From the human T2T-CHM13v2.0 reference genome, Homo sapiens, in NCBI RefSeq assembly GCF_009914755.1, contig NC_060925.1: 64,000 bases of DNA; one strand, written 5' to 3'. Positions 1-15,704 of the stretch are shown one piece after another. The notes under the pieces are model-generated. The model saw only the letters and a program-made list of their open reading frames with translations. It did not search any database and was not told the DNA's origin. Made by a program: the position numbers and the translations under genes. Positions within the stretch are counted from its first letter, which is position 1. Each line of letters starts with the position of its first letter.

Positions 1-33
1 GGGTACTGCTTTGCTAGAAATCTCTCAATTTTA

Positions 34-456
<423 letters not shown>

Positions 457-2151
457 TTAAAAAGAGTTAAAAATGTTTTCCTTCTTCCTATTTTATCACC
501 CTGCCTCTCTTTCTTTGTTGGAGCCCATATGGAGGGGACAGAAGACAAGGCCTTACAGCTGTACATTAGGCAGGGGCACCAGGAGGAGGTCCAGGCACTG
601 ATGAGAAAGGCATAAAGGCACAGTTAATGCCAGCTCATATGATCCATCGTGGCTGTTGTCCCGCCTCATGCACAGGGGGTGTTGGGGAAGAAACAATCTC
701 TCTGGCCCAGAGGGATACTTAGAGTGCTTCTTCTATCTCTAGGGCCTTCCATGGCCTCAGAGCACATGTGTCACACCACAGAAAGCCAACCCAGCAACTC
801 AGAGAGAAATGGTTTTAGAAATCTAAGAAGCAAGAGAAACAAATCCTCCTGGGAAAGGAGCTCATGTGCAGTGCCTGAGTGTGGGTCTCTCTACAGTTCT
901 CCACTTTTTTCTCTTCCACACGTCTCTGTCACTTTCACTTGTCATTTGTGTATACTTTTCCTACATCAGTTAAAAAAGGTTCCCACCACCCACCAAACCC
1001 GCTGCCAGAACACTCCTGGACAGAGAGGACACAAGCAGTCACTGCTGTTTTTTGCAAATTAGAAACTTGGCAGGTATCCTGTGAGTATCAAAGGAGATCA
1101 TCCACATGACACGTCTAGCCCAATCATTGCCCTTCTTTCCCCTTGTTGCCCACTAACCTGGGCTCCTAGCCCTATCCGATCCTCGGAGACTGGGCCTTTG
1201 GTGACCCACAAACCTCACGGCCATGGAGACGAACAGTTCCTCCATAGCTCCCTATACTTCCTCACTCCTGGGCACCCAGGGCTCCTTCCCCAGTGAGCAC
1301 GGCGTCTTGCACACAGCCGGCTTTCCCTTATCTGCATGGCACCTGTCACTCTGTCTACCAATTTCCAGCAGGGAATCTGATTGCCCACCAGCCACCATTC
1401 AGTCTAACAAGAACTCCTTGGCAATTAGAGGAATTTGGAACGCTCCAGCAAGCTCACTGAACTGATCTCTTTTTAAGCACCCATTGTTTTCTCTGCAGTA
1501 ATTTTTTTCTTTCAGCAGCTTTTCTAGCCCCTATTTCTTAACATTTCCTAAAATGAAAATTTCATTTGTGTTTTTACTTTTGATCATTTATTAACAGTCT
1601 TTGGCTTATTCTTTAGAGGTTTTTAACCAGCTTCTTTCAGTCTTTCGGTAGTATTACCCTGCAATCTCCTTTTCGTTCCTGATACCATTTAGCTTTTCTG
1701 ACTTTCAATTAAAATATCCTTGCTATCCACTGTTGATAGGCTATTTATGTAGTACTTATACCTCTATTAAAGGAGTTAAATTTTGGTTTCTGGTTTTAAA
1801 AAAGAAACAATCTCTCTACCTGAATAATACAAGTCTCTATGCCTAAGTATATCTAGAATGAATAAAAATACCAAATTTTAAAAAAGGAAAACCAGCAAGA
1901 TTAGATAGCAGTATATCCTTAAAAGGTGTTTCAAGAACAAAAATCAGGTAATATTTTAAAGTTACTACTTCAAAATTCCACGAAGAAAGGGGCAATCTTC
2001 TGACATACATTATTAGGCATTCTCCCCTCTCCAAGCAGAAACTGAGACAAACTAGGAAAAATGTGATAGTGAAATAGTGAGATGCAGCTATAAATAAAAG
2101 AAGAAATTGTTGGGTACAGACCTTAGTCTTTGCTTTCTGCATAAGCAGTAG

Positions 2152-2543
<392 letters not shown>

Positions 2544-3694
2544 ATGTTCCCACCTGATGTTCTACCATTTCAAAGAATGCACTGAATATTGGGGGACTTC
2601 AGGGACTGTCACTTTTGCTTTAAAAACTGTAAAGTGAATCTAGGAAAAGCTTTTTTTTTTTCTGGTTTCTCCACCATCAGTTTGCATGAGAAACGCCAAT
2701 CATAGGACTGCTGGGAATGGCCCCTTAGCTGTGCTGTTTCTGAGCCAGCCCTACATCCTCCACTGGCTTCCTTGGGCGAATTTTAAGGCCTATGAGCACT
2801 GGAGTTGTGCATGGAGGTGGGGGCCAACAGGAAGTCCATTGTCCTAAATAGTCATTTCAGCCTAACTAACCCCATGGTGAGGCTGCTCATTAACAGGCAA
2901 GGCATCACTGTAAACCTTGCATTTGCATTTACACCTACTATTTATTAAGTGCCACAGCCATCTCTTATCATGACCGGTCACTGAGCAAACCCTACATTTC
3001 AAAAACAATCCAGTTTATAGGTCCTCTGTCTGTTTCTCCGGGCTGGAAAAGGCTTTCCATTTATCAACTTAGTTGTCCCCCCAGTCGCCTCTTGCAGGGA
3101 ACAGGGCCAGATCAGATGGCGGCTGGTTCCCCTCCCCCGCCTCATACAAAAATCAGGAAAAGGAGTTGCGGGAGGAATCGAGAAGCCGGCCGCAGAGCCC
3201 AGGTCCCCCATGGCTACTGTGAGGCATTCGCCGCTGCAAATTTCCTGTCCACTGTGGGAAGCGGCACACCTCACTCATGAGCAGACGACAGGACTGGCAC
3301 GTTTTAATGGAGCACACGGGCGCAGCCTAGGCGGCCTTTTGCTCCGGCTGAGAGGCACGGGCCCGGTGCCAGCATTTGACAGTCCTGGGAGGCGACGGGT
3401 AGAGGAGAGACGCGGCAGCCGCGGGGCCGGGGAGACGGTGGGAGGCCCGGCGTCCATCATCCACTTTATTACTTGATCAAACTTTAACATTTTCGGGTTT
3501 CCTAACACCTTAGCCCCAAATACTCGAAATGAAGCAAATCTTAAATTAAGGAGTCTTTCCCCACCACGCTCTGTCCTCCTCCCCACTTCACCCTCCCGCC
3601 GTTTCGCGTTATTTCCAAGGCAATTTAAAAAATCAAGCCAAACAAAGCTCCCCGGTTGCTGCCGGGCGCGCGCGGCGAACGAAGCACATTTCAG

Positions 3695-3722
3695 TTCAGC
3701 ACCAGCCTCGGGGACAGACGCC
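3695..3722 (+). promoter_or_regulatory. Non-canonical (spaced) RE1/NRSE REST-binding motif
   Basis: TTCAGCACC (3695-3703), 8-bp spacer, GGACAG (3712-3717), ACGCC. Both half-site cores are perfect. Confidence 0.6.
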
Positions 3723-4288
3723 ATCAAGGAGGTGAGGAAAACCACCCTCAGCTGCGGTGGCTCCAGCGTCACCCCGAGTGCTCCCGAGGCGGCGTCTGGG
3801 CTGCTGGGGAGCCAGGAGGGCTTCCTCAGGCACTCGCCAGAAACATTTCCCCAAAGAAAACGCCCAACCAGCCACGCCATCTCCTGCCACTGAGGTCCTT
3901 TTCCACGGGGGACGTCCCCGCTGGGAAAACAGCAAACGCTCTGTGACCTACAAATGGAAGAGGGGACCCCCGAGCCCCCGCCTGCCTCATGCCGGAGGGA
4001 CCGGGCGCCCCCAGCCCCGGAAGCCCCTGGACGCGCTCCGAGGGGGCTGTCCACACCCGCGCGCGGGCTTCCCCGGGGCCCGGCGGGAGGTCCCGGGAGA
4101 GGAGGCCGAGGGAACCACAGGTCTTTGTGTCGCGTGCAGCAGCAGCTGGCGGCGTGAGGACCACACCGGCGCCAGAGCCGTCTCCCTAGGTCCGGAGACT
4201 TTCACCCCGAGTTTCCCTTCCGCGTCTGGCTGCACCGGGCTGGGCTCTCCCCGCGGACACCCGGGGCTCCGGCCGGGCGCCCACTTAC

Positions 4289-4410
4289 CCGGAGCGGGAT
4301 CACGCGCGGGCTTCGTCTGCAGCGCGGTGCTCGCGGGGGGCGGCCAGGCCGAGCGGCATCGCTCCGCATCGGGGCGCGGGCCGGGCTCGGGTGCAAACGC
4401 GCGCCTCGTG
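4289..4410 (-). other. GNG4: Probable non-coding first exon of GNG4 (5' end approximate)
   Basis: Consensus donor CGG|GTAAGT on the minus strand (acttac at 4283-4288), inside the island and downstream of GC boxes and CRE-like sites. Confidence 0.65.
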
Positions 4411-4685
4411 CCCCTCCCGCCGCCCGCGGGGTCTCCGCGTCCCGTCACCGGCCCCGCCCCGCGCCGCGCCTCCCGCCCTGCAGGGCCCGACCACGCGGGC
4501 CTGGGGGCGCAGGCGGACCCTCCCCCGGCCCTGGACGCTGGGGGCTTCTGCTCGGCCCCCTGTGCCGTGGGGGCCCAGACTGGGGAAGGGAGAGCCGGCG
4601 ACTCTGCGACCCTCGCCCCCGTTCCACGCTGGCCGCGCCCACTCCGCCGCGGGGTCTCGCCCGGGAAATCCCGCCCGCTGCCACC

Positions 4686-4703
4686 GACGTCACTGCTGCG
4701 TCA
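4686..4703 (-). promoter_or_regulatory. Tandem CRE-like sites
   Basis: GACGTCA at 4686-4692 and TGCGTCA at 4697-4703 (TGACG cores on the - strand), ~300 bp upstream of the putative exon 1. Confidence 0.5.
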
Positions 4704-4834
4704 CCGGGGCTCCCGCGCTCCCCGCCCCCGCCCCCGCCCCAGCCCGGGCCCGCGCCCCCCGCCCGCTACTCGGGCCCACGCCCCCTGTCCCAGCAAAGGG
4801 CCGCGCCCCCGCCCCGCCCCCCCGGAGCCCGCGT

Positions 4835-5052
4835 GGCCGGGGGACCACTGGAGGGGTCTGTGGGGCGGGGCCGGGGGGTAAATCACTGGGGGGGGTCTGG
4901 GGGACCGAGCCGTGGGGGAATCACTGGAGGGGTCTGGGGGGCGCGGCCGGGGGGAGATCACTGGAGGGATCTGCGGGGCGGGGCCGGGGGGGAAATCACC
5001 GGAGGGGTCTGGGGCGGGGCCGGGGTTGCTGGAGGGGTCTGGGGACGGGGCC
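4835..5052. repeat. G-rich minisatellite, ~38-bp unit, ~6 copies
   Basis: Core CACTGGAGGGGTCTG recurs at about 4846, 4884, 4922, 4959, 4997 and 5028, separated by GGGGCGGGGCCGGGGGG-like linkers. Confidence 0.85.
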
Positions 5053-5211
5053 GCGGTCAGCGCGGGCTCCCCGAAGCCTCAGGTACCGCCCTCGCTCGGG
5101 GTGAGCTCCAGCGCCTGGGCCGTTGGGGCGCGGGCCGCTTCCCACCCTGCACCAAGGGACGCCTCGGAAGCCTCCGGCCAAGGCGGGGAACGGCGGAGAA
5201 ACGCGGAATAC

Positions 5212-5430
5212 CTGTGCGAATTCGCGCGGCCGCGTCGCCACTAACCCGGCGAAGGCTGACCCGACGTTGCTGAGTGACGGGGACCAGGGGCCGGCGAGGC
5301 CCCCACTCCGGGGGGAGCGAGGCCGGGAGGGCGGAGGGCGCGTGCTGGAGGCGGGGGTGCCCTTCGCGCCCCGGTTCTAGGAGCGACTGCTCTCCAGGCC
5401 TCGTCCCTGTGGCACCGCAGGCTTTTGCGC
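5212..5430 (-). other. GNG4: Possible alternative upstream first exon of GNG4
   Basis: Minus-strand donor CAG|GTATTC at 5211-5206 at the distal edge of the island; start position is a guess. Confidence 0.35.
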
Positions 5431-6269
5431 TGGAGATTTTAAAACACTTTAGTGATTACAGCCCTCTTCCTTTCAGGGAAAAAACAGTTTAAGCGCCGTC
5501 CATTTTCCGACTTGGTAAAATAATACGAAACCTTGGGAATAGAGAAGCAACGAAAACATTTCACGCAGTGTTGGCAAGATTTGTAGAAAAGGAGGCCAAT
5601 ATTAATTCCCTTTGTGAAAACAACAACATAACATCATGATGAACGATTAGGAAATATTTCGGGAAGATCTGGGCGCCTCATCCTCATCCGCCGTCCACAA
5701 GCGGTCCCTGCCACAAAGGACACAGGGCGCGCTTGTTGCTCAGATCCCTGGCCCCACTGGTTGGACCTTGCCCTACACACACGTGTACCTTCTCGGAGCC
5801 CAAGGGCCAGATTGGATGCGAACGCGGAGATCACAAAGGCCCGTAAACACGGGGCCAGCAAACACATCGGTTTTTACAAAGCTCTCAAGTGCCCATTTAA
5901 GGCACAAAATTAAACCTTGGCAAACCGACGAAGCCAGTCCATGTCCACCTCACAGACTTTTAAAAGTGAGAAAGATATATGAGTACTGCATTGAAAATTC
6001 AAGCAAATCCAAACCCTAGCTCATTGTTTTCACCCCAAAATCTTATTTCTCCTGCATTTCCTGCCCACCTCCCGCCCCCGACTGGTTGGCTAAGGCAGAA
6101 TCCTAGGTTTCCTTTTATCCCAAATCCCAATCTCAATTAATCAATCACAAGGGAAATCAGTGTCTACACTTTCAAGCGCATCATTTCCTTATTTTATCTT
6201 TCTAATTGTTACACTATCATTCAAGATAGGATCATGTCAGTTTTAAACAGGAGGAAGAGGTCAGTCAAC

Positions 6270-6465
6270 AAGTGGTTCCAGAGTGGATCCCAAGACCAGT
6301 AGAATCAGCGTGTCACCTGGGAATCTTTTAGAGATGCAGACTCCCAGGCCCCACCCAGACCTAAGGAATCAGAAACTCTGGGGGTGGGGCCCAGCAACCT
6401 GTGATTCCCCAAACCCTCCAGGTAATTCTGATTCCGTTCATCTCTGGACATCACCCAGGATAGCT
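6270..6465. mobile_element. MER5A-like hAT MITE
   Basis: GGCCCCACCCAGACCT..GAATCAGAAACTCTGGGGGTGGGGCCCAGCAA is typical of MER5A. Confidence 0.8.
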
Positions 6466-6472
6466 GCAGTAG

Positions 6473-6786
<314 letters not shown>

Positions 6787-6914
6787 GTTTTTCTTCTTTA
6801 TTCCTAGTCATATCCTTTGTTCTGAAGTCTTCTTTGTTTATATCTATATAACCACTGCAGATTTCTTACTATTAGTGTTTGCATGATATGTGTTTATATC
6901 CTTTTAATTTTTAA

Positions 6915-7233
<319 letters not shown>

Positions 7234-7331
7234 TGTATCTTTGTTCTTAAAAGTGGGATTCTCCATCTTCGTAGGCAGCACAGAGCTGGATCTGCTTTTA
7301 AAATTCAGCTTGACGATCTGTCAGCTTGACA

Positions 7332-7501
7332 ACTAATAGTAAAAAATCCGCAGTGGTTATATAGATAAAAACAAAGAAGACTTCAGAACAAAGAATATGA
7401 CTAGGGATAAAGAAGGAAAACCTTGGGAGGTCGAGGCGGGAGGATCATGAGGTCAAGAGATCGAGACTATCCTGGTCAACATGGTGAAACCCCATCTCTA
7501 C
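7332..7501. repeat. 170-bp inverted duplicate of 6707-6876 (Alu fragment plus L1 junction)
   Basis: Reverse complement aligns base for base across the Alu/L1 junction, ~90% identical by eye. Confidence 0.9.
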
Positions 7502-8174
7502 TTTTAATTGGAATGTTTAGTTCATTTACTTCTTATGTAATTATCATGTGGTTGGGTTTAAAACTACCAACTTGCTATTTGTTTTCTGTTTGTCCTATTC
7601 TTCATTCCTTTTTTCCTGCCTGAGTATACTTTAGTATTCCATTTTATCTCAAGTATTGACCTTCATTTTCCTCCTCTTTCTTTGTTCTAGGGTTTATAAA
7701 ATGCATCTTTAATTTACCGTCGACTACCTTCAAATAACATCATGCCACTTCTTCTTCACTATTAGATTCTTTATAGTGTGTGCTTCCATTCCCCCTCTTC
7801 CATCCTTTGTATTATTTTTGTTATATCTCCCTTTTACATAGGTAATAACCCCACAGAACATTATTTTACTTTAAGCTGTCAATTTTCTTTTGAAACATTT
7901 AGAAATGATTTTGAAAAATCTTTTATCATTTCTGATGCTCTTCATTTATTTGTGAAGATCCAGATTTCTATCTGATATCATTTCCTTCTGCCTGTAGAAC
8001 ATTTTTTAACCTTCTTTTGGTAATACAGATTGGCTGGTGATTGTCTGTTTTTGTTTTTCTGAATATAAGTATTTTGCCTTTGTTTTTGGAGGATTTTTTT
8101 TTTAGATTGACATCTTGAAGAAGTTTAAAGATATCATTCACTGTGCTTGCATACTTTCTCTGAAGAAATCTCCA

Positions 8175-8515
<341 letters not shown>

Positions 8516-9206
8516 AATCTGCAGATCTTTATCCTTTTCCTGGATATGTAATGCGTCTCTTTTTCTATGGCTGATTGTCAAGTTTTCTATCACTGGTTTT
8601 CAACAGTGTGATTATGATGTGCCTTGATGTGGTTTTCTTTGTGTTTATGCTGCTTGGTGTTCATTGGATTTCTTGGATCTGTAGGTTTACAATTTTTATC
8701 AAAATATATCAAATTAAAAATTTTTCACCCATTATCTTGCTCTTCTCCTTCTGGGACTCCAATCACAGATATGATAGACCATTTGATATTGTGCCATAAG
8801 TGCACCACCACACCCAGCTAATTTTTGTATTTCTAGTAGATGCTGTGTTCTTTTAAAGAATAGGGACTTTGTTTTGGAAGGTGGTTATTTACAGATGTTC
8901 GATCCTTTTGATGGTTGTCTTAAAGGCTCGTAGCCATTATTATAGGATTAGTTTATTCTAGGACTAGTTTAGCCTTCCTACTAGGGTGTGACTCTTCTGG
9001 GGTCGCAGTTGAATGCCTGTGTGTTCAGTGAACTCTTCCCCTTTGGTGGGTTGGAACTCAGATGTATCCGAATCCCCTGTGAGCTCCGAGAATTGTTCAG
9101 CTTACAGCTGCCTGTACATTCTTTGCTCAGACCCATGGAGCTTTGTGTTATGCACATACAGCTTAGTATTCAGCCAGAGCCTCCATTGGACCCACAGGCA
9201 TTACCC

Positions 9207-9583
9207 TGTAAGTGAAGATAATCAAGGGTGGGCTTCGTTTTTGTGAAAGACATTATCCAAAGACAAAGAAAAGCAACCAGGACTTGGTGGTTTATTTGGG
9301 TTTGGAAAGTTTTCCTAAAAACTATTAAGAAAAGAAACAATGAGACATAGTATCTGTCCATCCGGCCTGTGATGCTTGCTTCCTTTCTTCCTTCGTTTCT
9401 TCCAAGTATGTACCTAATCTACCCTATTCCAATGACACTGTACGTTGCTCAAAACATTTAAAAAATTCCTCTTTTGGAATTACTTGCAGAATCACGATTT
9501 TTTTTCAGTACCTTGTAACTATAACTTGTTTTTGACTAAAATAGTTCTAGTTTTCAGATTCAGCTGTGATGATTTCTGTTTTC
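9207..9583 (+). repeat. ~380-bp direct duplicate of 11230-11924 (without the Alu)
   Basis: Shared blocks TGTAAGTGAAGATAATC, AAAATTCCTCTTTTGGAATTACTTGCAGAATCAC and CAGATTCAGCT; ~85% identical by eye. Confidence 0.92.
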
Positions 9584-10086
9584 AATCTGGATCTCTTCAT
9601 TGCTGGGCAGCAACCTACTGTATGGTACTCTGTGCCACAAATTCTGGTTTCTCAGCCTCCCCCAAACTCTGGTCTCCATTTCCTCATCTCAGCGTGATTT
9701 CTGTACTCTTCTTTGGATCTCCTTCTGCACTGTAGCTACCTTTTAAGTACAGAAAACCAAGACAACAATAAGATTTACTCAGTTCATTTCCCTTCCTTCA
9801 GGCATCATATCTTGTGCTGTCTGCTTTCCACACTGAAAATCATTGCCTCATAGATCATCTCGTTTCCCAGTTGTTTTTGATAGCGGGGTAAGTCTGATCT
9901 CAGTTTTCCCCAAGTGGACAGAGGCAGAAGTTCCCATTATAGTTTAACCCTCATTTCCCCCCATCCCCTCTTCCACCTCTGTCTCTGACACACTGAGCAC
10001 TTCCACTCCCTGTCTTCTTATACCTTTGAGTCTTGGTTTCCTTCTACCTTGGCCCAAATCTGGTAAATTTTTGTCTTCAAGATTTA

Positions 10087-10090
<4 letters not shown>

Positions 10091-10135
<45 letters not shown>
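10091..10135. repeat. (TA)n microsatellite in Alu tail
   Basis: About 22 TA units. Confidence 0.95.
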
Positions 10136-10507
<372 letters not shown>

Positions 10508-11354
10508 TGATATGTAGATGCTTCTATTATAAAAGTTACTTGGTTGTGTCACAGTTCTCTTTTTACATTTCCTTTCTCATCGAGTTCTTTTGAGAGCAGA
10601 TTCTCTGTCATAAATCTTTGTATCTGGTATGTTGTAGAAGCCCAAAAATGTTAAAAGAATGAGCAACCATGCTCTATGTTTAATGGGACATCAAGAAAAA
10701 CCATGTACTCATTGATTTGCTTAAATTTAAATTTTTTTTAAAGATTTGGCAAAGGTAGTTTGGTGTATGAGTGGCCTCACTTAGGAAGGAAATTACTAAA
10801 AGAACAGCGTTAGCTTTTGAATGTTATTCCTCGATAAAAAGTTCCCAAGCATCAACTGATAACAGGATAATAAAAACTGCAAAATATTGTCTAATATGGA
10901 GCGATTTACTGCATAGAGAAAATATAAGGATTACCAGATTGAAAGAGAGACAGGTTGCTTCTGGCACAATTTGTCCCTGAATGATAATGAAACTGTTGGT
11001 CTTAAATAGGGCTCTAAATAAGCCTTTTTCAGTGGATCTAAAAGGAGCTTTTGTCGTTTCTGACAGGACATGTGTACACAACTCTTGTCACTTTTATGCT
11101 TGTTTTAATATTTGTATAAGAACTATCCCGAGATAAATAAGGAAGAACTGTAATCTACTAAAACGGAGGACAAGAAAAGAGTTAAGAGACCCTTTAGGGG
11201 AGTCAAATAAGTTCACTCCAAGGAAAGTGTGTAAGTGAAGATAATCTAGTGTGGGCTTCATTTTTGTGAAAGACGTTATCCAAACACAAAGAAAAGCAAG
11301 CAGGACTTGGTAGTTTATTTGGGGTTGGGAAGTTTTTTTAAAAATGATCAAGAA

Positions 11355-11764
<410 letters not shown>

Positions 11765-12479
11765 CTACTCCAGTGATACTATGCATTGCTCAAAATCTTA
11801 AAAAAATTCCTCTTTTGGAATTACTTGCAGAATCACACATTTTTTTCAGTACCTCGTAACTGTAACTTGTTTGTGACGAAAACAGTTCTATTTCTCAGAT
11901 TCAGCTCTGATGATTTTTGTTTTCGAAACTCATAGATGTTCACAAGAGAAAGATTGTCCAACACAAAGTATATACCGAATAATTGGTTGTAATAACTGAG
12001 GAAATTTAAAGTTCAGGAGAACACAGTGGCAGAGACTACCAGTTAAACATAAAGCAGTGAGCAGCACCACTGAGCACATGTATCCGTGAGGCGGGGCTGA
12101 AGCTGGCTTTGAAATGCCTGCAGCAGGGAACAGAGAACAAACAATGCTTGGGTCTAAAAATGCACATGGTGGAAAGGGTGGTGGAAACAGCTGTTCTTCT
12201 AGTCTCCACCTCAGGCTGTGAGACCTTTTACCTCCTAACCCTGTTCTCCAGACCGTTGTAGAAAATAAAATAGCATGTCTAATTCATATCCACGTAGGAG
12301 CACAGGTAAGTGGCTTTTACTTGGTTGTAATAAACTACTACTGTGCAGAAAATTGTGTATAGAAACTACATAATGAAGTTACCTAATTACTCATTTGTAT
12401 TTAGATTATATCAACCACTATGAAAATTATAGCTTAATTTTTACTAAAAGTCTCAGAAAAGACAGTCTTTTTTATTTAC

Positions 12480-13100
12480 CCTTGGAACTGGATTCCAAGG
12501 ACTTTTACAGCTATTTTAACAAAATTAAAATCTGAGAATGAAACACCAGTTCATTATCATCAGTCTTCAGAAGTTTTGGTAAGACCTGTTTACTTTACTT
12601 TGGCAATGAGCCAAACTTTGCCACGAGACAACCTTTTTCAAACTCATCTCTCATTAACTTCCTTCATGAAGGAAGAAACGAACTCAGCTCTTGAGCAGGA
12701 ATATTGTAGCCTAGTCTCAAATGATCTTCTAGTCATTTTGGCCTCAAAGGACACACTGTATTATTTAATTTCTCTCAAACAGCTGAGTTGCAACCCAGTG
12801 TCCCCAAAGTGGCAAGATATAGTTTTCTGTTGTCACATGACACATGATATAGGTGGCACCTCTTTCTCAACTCAATGTGCATATACGTGTATATGTTTGG
12901 TATCGGCAAATGTAGCTGCCTTAATTGTGCAGTTGAAAACGACTGGGGGAAATCCTGCATGCAACATGAAGCTTTTGCAATACTCCACAATACCAGTTTG
13001 TGCTCAACCTACAAGCTCTTTTGCTACCTTTGACCTCAGTGGTGAATTGTTCTCTCCAGTAGCAGTTGTTTTGTTTCCTTCCCATCTACCCTCCAACTGC
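12480..13100 (+). mobile_element. Possible decayed hAT (Charlie-like) transposase remnant
   Basis: Degenerate hAT-like motif order; an LSRGKV-encoding segment lies on the opposite strand at ~12602-12633. Confidence 0.4.
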
Positions 13101-13376
13101 TAATGCTTTTCAGTTGGTCTTTCTGCTTCAAGGTTTTAAGCTCATTAGGTTTTAAAGTGCTTTGGCTTCATAGTACATGGAGTGTTATCCTGAGAAGGAG
13201 TACAATGAAAAAATAATATAGCTGTCCAAGATGTGAGACAGTTTGGGACAAACTGGGGACACCTGAAGGATAATCAGCAAAGAGGGCCTGCAACATGCAT
13301 AATCCAAGAACTCCCATTGTTCTGCAATTACTGATAAAAAATGTTCACTCGTTGAGTTTGTTTCCTCTCATTTTTA

Positions 13377-14074
<698 letters not shown>

Positions 14075-14399
14075 CTGCATGAGCTCTTTCGAGCTGGAAA
14101 GAATCCCGCTCCCCTCCCTTCCCCACCCAGCCTCTAGCCTCGGGCTTGCACAGAACTGGCGTTCAGTGAACATTGTGGAAAGGGTGAGTCCAACTGAGAC
14201 TTTCAGGTAAAGAGGGGACATCTGGGTTGGCAGGCTCACACCGACAAAATGCTACTGCTCAGTTCTCTTTGGGACAGACACCTAGGAACAGGAATGCTGT
14301 AGTCTTGAGAATCTTAAAATACCACAGATGCAAAGCAGAAAGAAGGGCAGCCCTCGGGCCCTTGGACTGCTGTTGTTGACGTCACCCACCGTTTTCACT

Positions 14400-15110
14400 C
14401 CCACCCTCACCCACCAAGAAGCTGAGACAGGGACAGGATGTTCTTTCCTTCCCTGGGCCTTTGCTGATGTTCCTGCCCCAGTTATTGAACATGTATTATC
14501 TGGAACACATCTGCCCCCATCTTCACCAAATTTCCGATCATTCATTGGGTTTCAACAGAAATTTCAATTTTTCTTTTTTGAGACGGAGTCTCGTTCTGTT
14601 GCCCAGGCTGGAGTGCAGTGTCAAAATCTCAGTCACTGCAACCTCTGCCTCCCAGGTTCAAGCAATTATCCTGCCTTAGCCTCCCAAGTAGCTGGGACTA
14701 CAGGCGCCTACCACCATGCCTTGCTAATTTTTGTATTTTTAGTAGAGATGGGGTTTCATCATGTTGGCCAGGCTGGTCTCTAACTCCTGATCTCAAGTGA
14801 TCCGCCTACCTCACCCTCCCAAAGTGCTGGGATTACAGGCATGAGCCACCACGCCTCACCAAAAATTTCAATTTTTCAAGAGGCTTTCTAGATCACCTCA
14901 ATCTAAATAAAGTCCTTCCTCTTACATTCTTTCAGAGTACCCTATATTTTACCTAACACTTACCATGGTTTGTAACTGTACATATTGTGTGTTATTTATG
15001 GTGGTTTCTCCACCAGCCTGTAACCTCCAGGAGTGCAGGGGACCACCGTGCTTTGTGCAGCACGATATCCTCAGCACTTGGTACAGTGCCTGGCACCTGG
15101 CAAGGGCTCA
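14400..15110 (+). mobile_element. L2 3' end interrupted by an antisense Alu (14565-14858)
   Basis: L2 terminal motif ACAGTGCCTGGCAC...GCTCAATA; Alu TSD AAATTTCAATTTTT. Confidence 0.75.
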
Positions 15111-15262
15111 ATATAGATCTGCTGTGGGGTCGGGGGTGGGCAGATGGTTTTTTCTTTAAAATGAGCGGTTTGATCTTGGGACTAGTGTCCACACCATCTA
15201 AGGGTAGTAAAGGTTGAAACATAAAATTTTAGTACAAAAACCACAATAAGAAATGAAAGTTA

Positions 15263-15620
<358 letters not shown>

Positions 15621-15704
15621 CTAAAGACAGAACCTATGTGGGTTACACAGAAAGCCATCGATTTGAGATCTGCTCATAATATTTAAATAGCTTAAAGAAG
15701 AGGT

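Larger units (their letters stand above)
3150..5500. promoter_or_regulatory. GNG4: CpG island / promoter, most likely of GNG4
   Basis: Very GC- and CpG-rich with many GC boxes (GGGGCGGGGC / GCCCCGCCCC). GNG4 assignment rests on remembered gene order downstream of LYST; no GNG4 coding sequence is in the window. Confidence 0.8.

Noticed and set aside
4835-5052. Regularly spaced repeats superficially like a CRISPR array
   Set aside because: Eukaryotic context, no unique spacers, no cas genes; it is a degenerate minisatellite.
3275-5492. Long ORFs in the CpG island (374 aa 3757..4881, 259 aa, 237 aa and others)
   Set aside because: Overlapping in all frames, Pro/Arg/Gly/Ala-rich, mostly non-ATG starts; expected from stop-codon scarcity in very GC-rich DNA.
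12576-13103. 175-aa ORF as a novel gene
   Set aside because: TTG start, no splice or promoter support; more likely a decayed transposon remnant or a chance ORF.
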